Shown: positions 29,845-40,324 of the stretch, piece after piece | Position numbering within the stretch: the first letter of the stretch is position 1 | How the letters are laid out: each line of letters begins with the position of its first letter | DNA from: an uncultured Nitrospinota bacterium | GTDB lineage: Bacteria; Tectomicrobia; Entotheonellia; J063; CAVPRW01 | Direction of reading: 5' to 3' | Length of the DNA: 64,000 nt | Assembly (NCBI GenBank): GCA_963707985.1 | Contig: CAVPRW010000001.1 | Span: forward strand, 51,503-115,502 | Program-made: the position numbers and the translations under genes | Notes under the pieces: generated by a model | What the model saw: the letters and a program-made list of their open reading frames with translations, nothing else | What the model was told of the DNA's origin: nothing | Database searches by the model: none

Positions 29845-32800
29845 ATGACGCTCATCGCGTTCTGTGTGCGCTACCCGGTCACAGTTATCGTGGGCATGAT
29901 CCTCGCCCTACTCTTTGGCGTGATTGCGCTGGCGCGCCTACCTATCCAGATGACGCCGACGGTGGAGCGCCCCGAGATCTCGGTCGAAACGGTCTACCGT
30001 GGCGCGGCGCCTCAGGAGGTCGAGAACGAGATTATCGACCGTCAGGAAGAGAAACTGATTTCTGTCCAGGATCTACAGGAGCTGGCGTCGACCTCCCATG
30101 AAGGCCGCGGCGTGGTCACCTTACGTTTCGACTGGGGTGTCAATAAAGACGTTGCCCGCCTGGAGGTGTCAGAGAAGCTCGATCTCGTCCAAGATATACC
30201 CAATGATGCCGAACGACCGGTCATCCGTGCCGTAAGCTCGGATGAGGAATCTCCTATCGCCTGGATCGTCATCACCACCAAGCGTGACGTGAACGAAGTC
30301 AGGCAGGAGGCTGAGGACGCAATTAAGCCACGTCTGGAGCGTGTCGAAGGCGTGGGCGCGGTATGGTTGTTTGGCGGCCAAGAGCGCGAAGTGCACGTGA
30401 TCCTGGATTATCAAGCCATGAGCGCACGCGGCTTGACGATTCACCGGGTGCGTGATGCGCTCCTACGTGAAAACCGCAACACCAAGGGGGGGAATATCGA
30501 CGAAGGCAAAAAACGGTTTTTGGTGCGCACGCTCGGACAATTCGCCGACCTCAAGCACATCGAAGACACGATCGTTGCCACCCAGGATGGACACACAGTG
30601 TACGTCCGAGATATTGCCACCGTGCGTTTTGGCCTCAAGGAACGCGATCGCAGCATCCGCCAGGCTGGGGATCCAACCGTGGGTTTCGGCGTGGTGCGAC
30701 GCACCGGGGCCAACACTGTGGAGGTGATGAAAGGCGTCAAACGAGAGCTCGCCTATCTGAATGCGATCTATGCCGACAAGGGCATGCAGTTCGAGCAGGT
30801 CTATGATGAAACGGATTATATCTATGATGCTGTCAGCCTCGTCACCGAGAACGTGTATGAGGCCTCGCTCCTGACTGTAATCGTCCTGCTCTTGTTCCTG
30901 CGCAGCTTCAGCAGTATCCTCGTTATTGGCCTGTCGATCCCGATCTCGGTGGTGACGACGTTCATCGTTCTCAACGCCCTTGGGCGTTCCTTGAACATCG
31001 TCATGCTGGCCGGCCTGGCCTTCGCCGTCGGGAACGTGGTTGACAATTCGATCGTGGTGTTGGAGAACATCTTCCGGCATCGGGAGATGGGGAAACCCCG
31101 TGTTCAGGCGGCCTTGGATGGTGCGAACGAGGTCTGGAGCGCGATTCTGGCCTCGACGCTGACCAACCTGGCGGTGTTCCTCCCGATTATCTTGATGAAG
31201 GATGAGGTGGGACAGCTCTTCCGAGATATCGCCATCGCCACCTCGATCTCCACAGCCCTCTCTCTGGGCTGCGCCCTCACCATCGTCCCCATGATGGCCT
31301 CTCGAGTGCTGAACACAGGTACCGCGGCACCTCGCTATCCGCGTCTGCGACGCATCCTGGATATCGTCCTGCTGGGCTGGCTTGGACAGGGCTTCAGCAA
31401 TGGTCTGGTGCATAGTCTCTCCTGGCTGCGTCGCGGGGTGGTGCGGCGGCTGGTCGTAGTGCTCGGCATGACGCTGGGGTCGCTTGCTTTAGCACTCTAT
31501 CTGATGCCACCTATCGACTACCTGCCGAAGGGAAATCGCAATCTGATTTTGGCCATCGTGCAGCTACCGCCGGGTTTCAACTTGGACCAGATCGATGGCA
31601 TTGTCACGGAGCTTGAAGAGCGCTACATGCAGATACCAGAGATCGAGCGTCTCTTCGCCGTAGTACGAACGGACAACCCCTTGCTCGGCATCCTCGTCAA
31701 ACGACCGTATGCCGATGTCGCGGGGATGCAGCAGGTGATCGAAGATCTTAAACGACGCTCTACCGGCATTCCGGGCACGCGAGCGGTATTCGTAACCCAG
31801 ATGGCCTTGTTCCGGCAGCGCGGACAGCTGTTGGGCGGCACAAACCTCGAAATCGACGTCAAGGGCCATGGCCTGGACAAAGTGCATGACATCGCGGCCG
31901 CCATCGAGCACCGGGTGCGCACCTTGCCAGGCGTGAACTTCGTGCGCTCGAGCTTCGAGTGGGGCAACCCGGAAGTACAGGTGGCTGTCGACCGCCAGAA
32001 GGCGTCGGACTTGGGCCTCTCGGTCAGTGATGTGGGCTACATCGTGGAGACGCTGATCGCTGGCACGCTCGCAGGCACCTTCCGCGAGCAGGGGAAGGAG
32101 CGGGACCTGACCTTAATCGGCACCGCGCGCGGCGCGGCACGGACGCAGATGCTTGAAAATGTTGTGCTTTACCCTCCACGTGGCGATCCACTCCGGCTGG
32201 CCGCAATTGCCGACCTCCGAGAGGCAGAGGGGCCAACGAAGATCGAGCACATCGACCGCGACCGTTCTATCAAACTGACCGTGAACCTCCGGGATGAGGT
32301 GCCGATGCAGGAGGCTATCGACACCGTCAATGCCCAGGTGCTCCAGCAGGTGCGCCAGGAGTTGCCGTTAGGGTATACCATCAACGTCAGCGGCCAGGCG
32401 AAGGATCTGGATCGTACCTGGAACTCTCTCAAATGGGCGTTCCTTCTAGCCGTGGTGGTAATCTATTTGTTGATGTGCTCGCTGTACGAATCCTTCTCTT
32501 ATCCCTTCATCATCATGTTCAGCGTCCCGCCCGCGATGGTTGGTGGGGTGCTGGGAGTGCGGCTGTTGCATCATATCGAACCTACCGTGAAGCTCGACGT
32601 CGTCACGATGCTCGGCTTCATCATTATGGCTGGGGTGGTGGTGAACGCGGCTATTCTCCTGGTTGAGCAGGCGCTGAACCATATGCAGGAGGGGATGCAC
32701 CCGCAAGACGCCATTATCGAGAGCGCCCGCAATCGACTGCGGCCCATTTTCATGACTGCCAGCAGTATCCTCGGTTTTCTGCCATTGGTCGCTTCCAGTG

Positions 32801-33045
32801 GCGCCGGCTCTGAGTTGTATCGGGGGATGGGCGCGGTCCAGCTCGGGGGCATGGCGTTGTCGACCGTGTTCACACTGGTCCTGGTTCCCACCATGTTCTC
32901 ACTCTGGATGGATGCCAGGTCGGGCCTCTTGTCACTCCTGGGGCGCAAGCGAAAAGAATTGAACGGTCACGGGAATGGCAACGGCCATGATGAGCGTGAA
33001 GAGGTTGCGTTGACCTTCCAATCGAGATCGACGCCTGACTTGTAG
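29845..33045 (+). CDS. RND efflux permease (AcrB/AcrD/AcrF family)
   Basis: About 1066 aa with AcrB architecture: 'YRGAAPQEVE', 'VVDNSIVVLENI', 'ASTLT', 'RLRPIFMT'. Confidence 0.95.
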   Translation: MTLIAFCVRYPVTVIVGMILALLFGVIALARLPIQMTPTVERPEISVETVYRGAAPQEVENEIIDRQEEKLISVQDLQELASTSHEGRGVVTLRFDWGVNKDVARLEVSEKLDLVQDIPNDAERPVIRAVSSDEESPIAWIVITTKRDVNEVRQEAEDAIKPRLERVEGVGAVWLFGGQEREVHVILDYQAMSARGLTIHRVRDALLRENRNTKGGNIDEGKKRFLVRTLGQFADLKHIEDTIVATQDGHTVYVRDIATVRFGLKERDRSIRQAGDPTVGFGVVRRTGANTVEVMKGVKRELAYLNAIYADKGMQFEQVYDETDYIYDAVSLVTENVYEASLLTVIVLLLFLRSFSSILVIGLSIPISVVTTFIVLNALGRSLNIVMLAGLAFAVGNVVDNSIVVLENIFRHREMGKPRVQAALDGANEVWSAILASTLTNLAVFLPIILMKDEVGQLFRDIAIATSISTALSLGCALTIVPMMASRVLNTGTAAPRYPRLRRILDIVLLGWLGQGFSNGLVHSLSWLRRGVVRRLVVVLGMTLGSLALALYLMPPIDYLPKGNRNLILAIVQLPPGFNLDQIDGIVTELEERYMQIPEIERLFAVVRTDNPLLGILVKRPYADVAGMQQVIEDLKRRSTGIPGTRAVFVTQMALFRQRGQLLGGTNLEIDVKGHGLDKVHDIAAAIEHRVRTLPGVNFVRSSFEWGNPEVQVAVDRQKASDLGLSVSDVGYIVETLIAGTLAGTFREQGKERDLTLIGTARGAARTQMLENVVLYPPRGDPLRLAAIADLREAEGPTKIEHIDRDRSIKLTVNLRDEVPMQEAIDTVNAQVLQQVRQELPLGYTINVSGQAKDLDRTWNSLKWAFLLAVVVIYLLMCSLYESFSYPFIIMFSVPPAMVGGVLGVRLLHHIEPTVKLDVVTMLGFIIMAGVVVNAAILLVEQALNHMQEGMHPQDAIIESARNRLRPIFMTASSILGFLPLVASSGAGSELYRGMGAVQLGGMALSTVFTLVLVPTMFSLWMDARSGLLSLLGRKRKELNGHGNGNGHDEREEVALTFQSRSTPDL

Positions 33046-33083
33046 CCACCGCTGCATGTGGAGGAGCACCCTGAGGGGGAAAA

Positions 33084-33966
33084 ATGGGACGGCTAGGACG
33101 AGGATGGATTGTACGCTACACTGTCGCCCTCTGGGCTGTAAGCTTTGGGATACCCATGATGGCCAGTGCCGGTTGGATGATCGAGCAGATCGAATACGCC
33201 AATCTTGGAGCGGAAGGCACCAGAACGCTGCAATATATTTCGAAAAACCGTCTGAAGACGGTGGGTGACGGCAATACCTTCATCATGGATTTTGCGAAGA
33301 ATCTGTTTATCGCAACTGATCAAGAAAGTCGTGTGTACTGGAGTGGCGCGGTCGACGCCTACGTTCAGGAGGTCAAGTCTTTCCAACAGGCAGCCAACGA
33401 GCTGGCACGGGAGCAAATGGAGGAGGCGGTGAAAGAGATGGCTCCCGATCAGCGCAAGTCGGCGGAGGACCTCCTGCAACAGATGCGTAGTGCCAACGCG
33501 TCATCGGTATCACCCCCAGCGGCCAAGCGACCAGCTGGTGAAAGTCGAGCCGACCCCAGAGACTGCTACGATCGCGGGACAAGTAGCCACGAAGATCATG
33601 GTCTATGCCGATGGCAAGCCCTATCAAGAGGTGTGGCTGGTCAAGGGGCTAACGCTCAAAGGCGATCTCGACTTGAAGCGCCTGCGGCATATACAGGCTC
33701 AGCTCACGCAGGCGATCATGGCTGGCATCCACGGTCGACAGACGGTTGAGGAGGATCCTGCCTACGAGCAGATACTCGAGCAAGGCTACCCGATCAAAAT
33801 CATCGAACTTGGGGAGGGGGGAGAGCCGGAATCAGTGACCGAGGTGGTGCGCCTCGACAAGCGCGACATCCCTGAGCACGAGTTTCAAGTTCCAGAGGGA
33901 TATCGACGTATCGATCTGCGCGACTTCTTTCGTGAAGAGTTGGAGAAAATGAAAAAGGGGGAATAA
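33084..33966 (+). CDS. DUF4412-like periplasmic protein (frameshift near 33537, probably artefact)
   Basis: Signal peptide and beta-rich N-terminus; continues in the +1 frame as 'VKVEPT.ETATIAG..A.K', 'EVWL', 'GYPIK', 'EFQVPEGY'. Confidence 0.75.
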
Positions 33967-34449
33967 GTGGCTGTGCCTTTGCTGACGGCTGAACAGATCC
34001 GCCAAATAATTCCAGCGCTACACAGGCAGGCGTCTGGGCACGTCATTCTGTCCGATATCTATGCCATCGGTCTGGCCTACGGGGTGATTCGGGTCTTCGA
34101 GCGTCGGACAGGAGGTCGCGTCGTGGCAACGCTCGGCACCCTGGCGACCGACGCCTGGGCCATTCTTGCCACTCTGGAAAACCTCGGGCAACTATGGCCC
34201 GACAATCCCTCTGACAAGCCGATGTGGAAAGTCGTGGATGAACATGGACAACGGCTTGGAGTGTTTGCCGACGAAAAGGTCGCCGATGGGTTTGCCAAGG
34301 GTTGGGCATTCCAGCAGGGTCGCCAGGGGCTTATCAACTCCGACTTCGGGCAACAGGCCACAGTGTTAGACTTGTCTGCAGAGGATCGTGCCGAGCTGGC
34401 GCGGGCACCGGAGCGAGAGCCGGAGATCCTGCTCGAGCGCACGCCTTAA
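33967..34449 (+). CDS. Hypothetical protein
   Basis: GTG immediately after the upstream stop; purine-rich RBS; 160 aa. Confidence 0.6.
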   Translation: MAVPLLTAEQIRQIIPALHRQASGHVILSDIYAIGLAYGVIRVFERRTGGRVVATLGTLATDAWAILATLENLGQLWPDNPSDKPMWKVVDEHGQRLGVFADEKVADGFAKGWAFQQGRQGLINSDFGQQATVLDLSAEDRAELARAPEREPEILLERTP

Positions 34450-35546
34450 CTCTCTGCCAATACCAGGCTGTGGCCAGCACTCACTAGTCTTTTCGGCTGA
34501 ACCCATACACGGCGGTCAGGGTCTGCCACAGCATGGCCCAGGTCATAGGCTGTGACGCCATGCTGTTGAAGGATGGCGTGGACCTGCGCGGCAGCTGCTG
34601 GCGTCGTTACGACACAAAATCCCAGTCCCATATTGAAGACCTGATACATCTCAGCCTCGCTGATCTGCCCTCGCGCTTGAATCAGGCGAAAGATTGGTTG
34701 CGGCTCTGGTAGTCGTTCGATGACAAAACCCATCGGCGCCTGAATCCGACGCAGGTTAAGCAGTCCATCACCGGTGATGTGTAGCAGAGCTTTGATGGGA
34801 AGTTGAGCATCGAGCATGGCGCAGACCTCTTGCACGTAGATTCGCGTTGGGGTCAACAATTCTTCACCCAGGAGTCGACCAAGCTCTGGGACATACTGGT
34901 CGACGCGTAACCGCGCCTGATCCAAGAGCACATGGCGCGCCAACGTCAGGCCATTACTGTGAATGCCGGTACTCGCCAAGCCGATCAGCACATCGCCCTC
35001 GTCGATATGCTGGCCGACCAGGATGCGGTCCAGGGGCACAGTGCCCACGCACGTCGCCGCCAGATCAAAGGCATAGCCGTCGCGGACGCCTTTGATCATT
35101 TCGCCGATCTGAGCCAGCTCCCCGCCGGCAATGGTGATGTTGGCTTGCTGCGCCCCTTCGTACAGCCCTCTTCCCAGTTCCTCTAGGAGTCGGGCTTCCG
35201 GCACCTGCACCGCCAGATAATCTACCAAGGACAGCGGTCTGGCGCCGACGCATAGGATATCGTTGGCGTTCATGGCAATACAGTCGATGCCAACCGTGTC
35301 GTATCTGTCCATGAGCTGTGCGACCAGGAGTTTCGAACCGACGCCATCGGTGGAGATGGCCAGCCCCATGCCATGGCCGATGTCGATGACGTTAGCGTAG
35401 TAGCCGATGGGCAGCTGCACCGCTCCCATCTCCTGGCGCAGGGAATGGGTCTGCTTCACCCAATGCAGCAGCCCCTTTAAGCCAGTAAAGGCTTGATTCG
35501 TATCCACGCCCGCCTGTTGGTATGCGAAACTGGGGTTCGTTGGCAT
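34446..35546 (-). CDS. purM: Phosphoribosylformylglycinamidine cyclo-ligase
   Basis: YQQAGVD, STDGVGSK, GIDCIAMNAND, AGGELA, STGIHSNG, HITGDG, FNMGLG. Confidence 0.95.
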   Translation of the reverse strand: MPTNPSFAYQQAGVDTNQAFTGLKGLLHWVKQTHSLRQEMGAVQLPIGYYANVIDIGHGMGLAISTDGVGSKLLVAQLMDRYDTVGIDCIAMNANDILCVGARPLSLVDYLAVQVPEARLLEELGRGLYEGAQQANITIAGGELAQIGEMIKGVRDGYAFDLAATCVGTVPLDRILVGQHIDEGDVLIGLASTGIHSNGLTLARHVLLDQARLRVDQYVPELGRLLGEELLTPTRIYVQEVCAMLDAQLPIKALLHITGDGLLNLRRIQAPMGFVIERLPEPQPIFRLIQARGQISEAEMYQVFNMGLGFCVVTTPAAAAQVHAILQQHGVTAYDLGHAVADPDRRVWVQPKRLVSAGHSLVLAES

Positions 35547-35664
35547 CGTCCTCTCACGTTTCAGGTGTAACGTTTACGATCTCACAGGCGGGGGGGAGAG
35601 GTAGGAATCTCATCTGCGTTGGGTACGTCCGATGCCTGCACGATAGCATAACTCTCCCCAGCCG

Positions 35665-36691
35665 TCATCCATACCAGCGTGCTTGCATCCGAAATAATGC
35701 GGCATAGCGGCCATTATGCTGCGTGAGCTCCTCATGAGTGCCCTGCTCATCGATCTGCCCGTGGCGGAGCGAGAGAATCTGGCCAGCTCTTCTAACCGTT
35801 GAGAAGCGATGAGAGATGAAGATGATGCTCTTGCCTTGGATCTCACGCAGCAGCTGTTCAAAGAACACCTCCTCGGCTTCGGGATCCAACGCAGCACTCG
35901 GTTCATCGAGAATGAGGAGGGCCGCCTGCGACTTCATGCACGCCCGTGCCAGAGCCAACCGCTGCCACTGACCACCGGAGAGCTTGACGGTCCCCTCTTC
36001 AAGCTCCCATTTGCCGAGCGGGGTTTCATAGCGTTTGGGTAGGGCCTCGATGAAGGTCTCAGCACCGCCGAGCCGGGCCGCCTGACGGATGTGCTCCAAG
36101 TCTTCCATTGCCTCGATCTCACCATAACCGATTTGCTCCCGTATGCGTCCTTCATCCTGGGCGAACTGCTGGAAAATGACGCCGATCCGGGCATAGTAGG
36201 AGTCCAGGTCGATGTCCCGCAGGTCCACCCCATTGATCAAGATCCGCCCGTCGGTTGGATCGTAGAATCGCAACAGCAACTTCACCAGAGTGGTCTTGCC
36301 AGAGCCATTGTCACCGACCAAGGCCATCCGGACGCCCGCATCAAGTCGAAATGACACATCCGAAAGGACCCACGGGCCCTCGTCCTGGTAACGAAACCTG
36401 ACGTGTTCGAACTCAATCGTGAACGGTATATCTTTGTCAATGATTCGTGCATGGGGTGATCGGTGAATACGTGGCTGATAGAGGAGTATCCCACGTAAAT
36501 CTTGAATGAACAAATGGTTTCCATAGATAGACGTAGACCTGGATCGATGGGATGACCGCGCCCAGCGCTCTCACAGTCCCAAGTCCGAGGACAAGAGGTT
36601 TGTGTTCGTCCCACGCCAGGTTGAGGAGAAACGCAATGTCGGAGAAGAAATCCTTCACCTGCCCGATGGAGGTGTGCGGCCCATCAGTCAT
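35665..36691 (-). pseudogene. ABC exporter gene with most of the TMD deleted
   Basis: The N-terminal first-TM fragment (36691 to about 36530) joins out of frame directly to an intact NBD (GDNGSGKTT, LSGGQWQR, LILDEP, ISHRFST). Confidence 0.8.
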
Positions 36692-36722
36692 ACGGCACTA
36701 CCCTCGGTATCCCGTTGATCGC

Positions 36723-37748
36723 CTATGCAGACACCGCTGGACCAATCCTGACGAGCATTTTGCCCATATTTTCTCCTGCAAACAAGCCAAGGAATGCCTT
36801 GGGTGCGTTCTCAATGCCATCGACGATGGTTTCTTCCCATTTGATCTTGCCGTCAGCAATCCACGCCCCCATGTCGGCATAGAACTGTGGCTGGCGATTG
36901 ACGTGGTCGGAGACGATGAAACCTGTGAGCGTCAGGCGCTTTCGCACCGCCATGCGCAGATTGCGAGGACCGGAAGATGGTGTGCTCTCGTTATACTGAG
37001 AGATCATCCCGCACAAGGCGATACGACCGCGTATATTCATGTGTTCAAGTGCGGCTTCGAGGTGTGCGCCGCCAACGTTTTCAAAGTAGACGTCGACGCC
37101 GTGCGGACAGTGTTTGCCAAGCGCCGTGGTCAGGGAGTCAACTTCTTTGTAATTAACGGCAGCATCGATCCCGGCGACGTCTTGCAGCCACTGTACTTTG
37201 GCTGCTGAGCCGGCGCTGCCCACCACGCGGCAACCCTTAAGCTTGGCGATCTGGCAGACGACCGAGCCCACGGCTCCAGCCGCGGCGGAAACAAAGACGG
37301 TGTTCCCAGTCTGTGGTTGGCCGATGTCGAGCAAGCCGACATACGCCGTCAACCCGGGCATCCCTAAGATGCCGAGATACGCCTGCAACGGCGCCAGGTT
37401 GGGATCGATTTTGGTCAGTTCCTTGGCGTGTGCAATATAATACTCGCGCCACCCCTTCCGGCCCAACACGTAGTCCCCAGCTTTGAACGTGCTTGCCTCG
37501 GACTGCACGATCTGTCCGACGCAGCCCCCTTCCAAAGGCTCTCCAAGCGGAAACGGCTGGACGTAGCTTGGCTGCTCGATCATGCGTCCGCGCATGTAGG
37601 GGTCGACCGACATGTAGAGATTACGGACCAACACCTCACCCTGACCCGGTGTGGGGACCGGCACGGTGACGAGCTCAAAGTCGTGTTCGCTCGGCAGGCC
37701 AACAGGACGACTCTTGAGGTGAATTTCGCGGCTGACGATTTCGGTCAT
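36723..37748 (-). CDS. NADP-dependent oxidoreductase (CurA/prostaglandin reductase-like MDR)
   Basis: SVDPYMRGRM, LGMPGLTAY, SAAAGAVG, YFENVGG, CGMISQYN, GENMGK; AAGGAG RBS. Confidence 0.93.
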   Translation of the reverse strand: MTEIVSREIHLKSRPVGLPSEHDFELVTVPVPTPGQGEVLVRNLYMSVDPYMRGRMIEQPSYVQPFPLGEPLEGGCVGQIVQSEASTFKAGDYVLGRKGWREYYIAHAKELTKIDPNLAPLQAYLGILGMPGLTAYVGLLDIGQPQTGNTVFVSAAAGAVGSVVCQIAKLKGCRVVGSAGSAAKVQWLQDVAGIDAAVNYKEVDSLTTALGKHCPHGVDVYFENVGGAHLEAALEHMNIRGRIALCGMISQYNESTPSSGPRNLRMAVRKRLTLTGFIVSDHVNRQPQFYADMGAWIADGKIKWEETIVDGIENAPKAFLGLFAGENMGKMLVRIGPAVSA

Positions 37749-37799
37749 GGTGGTCTCCTTGGTAGCGGTGGCCACAGGGCAAATTCACGCCCAGCTCTC

Positions 37800-37995
37800 C
37801 AGCCAGACAGGGTCTTACCCAGGTTCAAGTGCGCTGGCACCTGCAGTCCCTAGGCTGGCAGCAATGCCGAAGGTGCGTGCCCACTCGGAAGTTGTGCCGT
37901 CTGCCCCATGCGGCAAAGCCCCTTAACCTCCTTTTTGAGATAGGGGCGCTTCCGTAACACCCATTCCAATATAGACAGAGGACCTATACGGCACC
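37800..37995. ncRNA. Candidate structured RNA / regulatory leader (family unassigned)
   Basis: ORF-free stretch with nested stems GCACCT/AGGTGC, GGCA-GCAA-TGCC, GGAAG/CTTCC and GCCCCT/AGGGGC. Confidence 0.3.
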
Positions 37996-38290
37996 ATGCG
38001 CTCGACTATAGCGCGCTTGCTACTGAATCGCTACCACAGCCGGGTATCTCTGGGCAACCGCGTTAGGGGCTATATCTTTAGTCCGCGATCCGCGATTGGC
38101 GTTCAGCGTCAAGAGACGCGGGAGTATGCTGAGGCAAGCGTTGACTTCAGTGGGCTCGCATGATATACGAGTGATCAGAAAAGGGCTCTCACCCGTGATT
38201 TCCATGCGACACCCAGCATATTGCCACGATGAGTGATCCTGGACGAAGTCCTACGTGGTTCAGTGTCGCAAGTAACGTAAGGAGAAAGCG

Positions 38291-38632
38291 ATGGCGATGA
38301 AACGTGTGGTTGTTGAGATGGGGATGGGAACTGATATTCGTGGCGGGGATTGTACCAAGGCAGCAGTGCGCGCCCTGCGTGACGCGTTGTGGCATAACTC
38401 GCTCGGGGTAACGGGGGCGCTCGGCATGGATGTTGATTCGATGCGGATCGAGGTGGTGATCGGCGTGCCGAAACCCGAGACGGTTGATAAAGCCCAGGTG
38501 CTGGCTGTGTTGCCACATGGCACCGGAGAGGTGCGCGTGGTTCATGGCGGCTTGGTGGTTCCCACTGAAGACGGTAGAGAGGGGACGATCATCGCCAATG
38601 CCGCGGCCATCGTCCGGCTCGACCTACCATGA
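38291..38632 (+). CDS. Lin0512 family protein
   Basis: 'EMGMGTD.RGGD.TKAAVRA..DA..HNS', 'V.IGVP.P..VD', 'LPHG', 'V..GGL'; AAGGAG RBS. Confidence 0.9.
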   Translation: MAMKRVVVEMGMGTDIRGGDCTKAAVRALRDALWHNSLGVTGALGMDVDSMRIEVVIGVPKPETVDKAQVLAVLPHGTGEVRVVHGGLVVPTEDGREGTIIANAAAIVRLDLP

Positions 38633-38684
38633 AAGCGTCGGAGTTGTCGAGCAAGTGCGAGGCCTGAGGTCGCAAGCCTCGCCA

Positions 38685-38990
38685 TCAGTCGTGCAGGGGT
38701 TTAGTGGCTGTCTGCTCCAAGCGGTTGTGATGGCGCTTGAGATCGGCCACCGCCAGCTCGATGGCCAAGTTGATGACATGCGGAGCCCAAGGAATCTGTG
38801 CATCGATGGCCCGACGCTGAATCCGAAAGAACGCGGTACGATGTTTTTCTTCGTCCCGAAGGGGTAATCCCTCACGGGCGATCTCCCACACGACCTCTTG
38901 GGCGATGCGACGCACGGGCGGCAACACCGCTCCTGTCAGTCCGCCACGATGTCGGAATAGCCACATGACTACCGACTCCCAAAGGTCCAC
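38685..38990 (-). CDS. Hypothetical protein (weak resemblance to phage LL-H holin-like C-terminus)
   Basis: GGAGG RBS plus GTG; 'EEK...AF.RI...INLAIELAVADLK'. Confidence 0.55.
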   Translation of the reverse strand: MDLWESVVMWLFRHRGGLTGAVLPPVRRIAQEVVWEIAREGLPLRDEEKHRTAFFRIQRRAIDAQIPWAPHVINLAIELAVADLKRHHNRLEQTATKPLHD

Positions 38991-39132
38991 GGCTATCCTC
39001 CCTGCTCAGATTCAGCACATGCGTTGCGGCGTCATTCACCCACAGCGATCTCTTGGTTTCGATGGAAGATAGGTTCATTGGCTGGGTATTATAGTACATC
39101 CTGACATGTGACGGAAGTGGGAGGAGAGCGAT

Positions 39133-39624
39133 ATGAATACTCCTGAAGAACTGGCGCGCTTCAAAGAAGAGGTCCGGCAGCGCACGCGGTTAGTGCTCGA
39201 AAAGGTCACGCCAGACCAACTGGACTGGGTACCTGCCCCCGAGGCTTTGTCGATTCGGCAGATGGTCCGCCACATGCGTCTCAGCGAGGAGGGGTCTTTT
39301 CAGGTCGTACAGCATGGGGATTGGGGCTACTCTGTTAGACGCCGTAGCGCCCCACTGGTCACGCTGCTGGGAGAATCCGAGCCGTGGGAGACTGAGCTGA
39401 TAGCATTTGAGGAGACGCATCAGGATTGGCTCGCCTGGCTTCACGCGATGCCAGCCGACGCGCATACCCAGGAGCTGGTCAACCCACAAAATAACCAACG
39501 CGTCTCGGCGCTAGCCTTTGTCCTGGCACGCGTCGAGCACGAGGCGCATCACCGGGCGCAAATCTCCACCTATTTGCGTATGCTGGGCGAGCAGTGGCCG
39601 AGCCCCTATGGCCAGCTGGCGTGA
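39133..39624 (+). CDS. DinB family protein
   Basis: 'SIRQMVRHM', 'EHEAHHRAQISTYLRMLG'; GAGGAG RBS. Confidence 0.9.
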   Translation: MNTPEELARFKEEVRQRTRLVLEKVTPDQLDWVPAPEALSIRQMVRHMRLSEEGSFQVVQHGDWGYSVRRRSAPLVTLLGESEPWETELIAFEETHQDWLAWLHAMPADAHTQELVNPQNNQRVSALAFVLARVEHEAHHRAQISTYLRMLGEQWPSPYGQLA

Positions 39625-39626
39625 GG

Positions 39627-40310
39627 CTATAAGACCTCGTCGGTCGGGAGTACGATCTCCCCGAGGCGCTTCAGGGCTGGCTGTGGCAATCCCTCATACA
39701 ATTTCTCAAACGTTTCATTGACTTCAGCATTGGCCATCCCGAACAAACTGCGCCCCTGAACATCACATTCGACCAGGAACGGGCCGAAGTGTTCGACTTC
39801 GAGCACCCACACCGCCTGGGCCAGACCCAGCTCATCCTTCCAAAACACTTCTCTAACGTGGTGGATGCCCTGACCGTAGATGGCTCCCAGGCCGTAACCA
39901 ACCGTGGTCAAATAGACCGCACCATACTGACGAAAGGCCGTCTGGTATACCTCCTCTTGCATGCCCCCTTTGCCGATGACGGCGCGTATGCCGTAACGCT
40001 CCAGGAGCAATGGCACGTATTTGGCGAAGCGGAAACTGGCGGTCGCAGTGACCGAGGGGATGTGGTATTCGCCCGGATGCGGCTCGCTGACGGCGGGGGA
40101 ACAGTGGAAGGTCACGTTGCAGGTGTGGCCCAGGTCGAGCGGCGGCTCTAGTCCTTTCTCGAATACCTGGTGATAAAAACCCTCGCGCCCGGTGAAGATG
40201 AGGCCGCTAAGAAATACTGCATCGCCCAGCTCGAGTGTCCGCGCCGCAGTATCGGTCAGCGGCAATTGCAAATGCACTTCACGCATGCGTAACTGCTCAG
40301 TCCGGTCCAT
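39627..40310 (-). CDS. Fe-S hydro-lyase beta subunit (class I fumarate hydratase / tartrate dehydratase type)
   Basis: 'LELGDAVFLSGLIFTGRE', 'FHCSP', 'TASFRF', 'IGKGGM', 'FGPFLV..D..G.SLF'; AAGGAG RBS. Confidence 0.9.
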   Translation of the reverse strand: MDRTEQLRMREVHLQLPLTDTAARTLELGDAVFLSGLIFTGREGFYHQVFEKGLEPPLDLGHTCNVTFHCSPAVSEPHPGEYHIPSVTATASFRFAKYVPLLLERYGIRAVIGKGGMQEEVYQTAFRQYGAVYLTTVGYGLGAIYGQGIHHVREVFWKDELGLAQAVWVLEVEHFGPFLVECDVQGRSLFGMANAEVNETFEKLYEGLPQPALKRLGEIVLPTDEVL

Positions 40311-40324
40311 AAGACTCCTTATGC

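Noticed and set aside
37770..37790. c-di-GMP-I riboswitch (CACAGGGCAAA)
   Set aside because: No GAAA-capped P2 or GCAAAG/receptor helix, and it is antisense to the adjacent gene.
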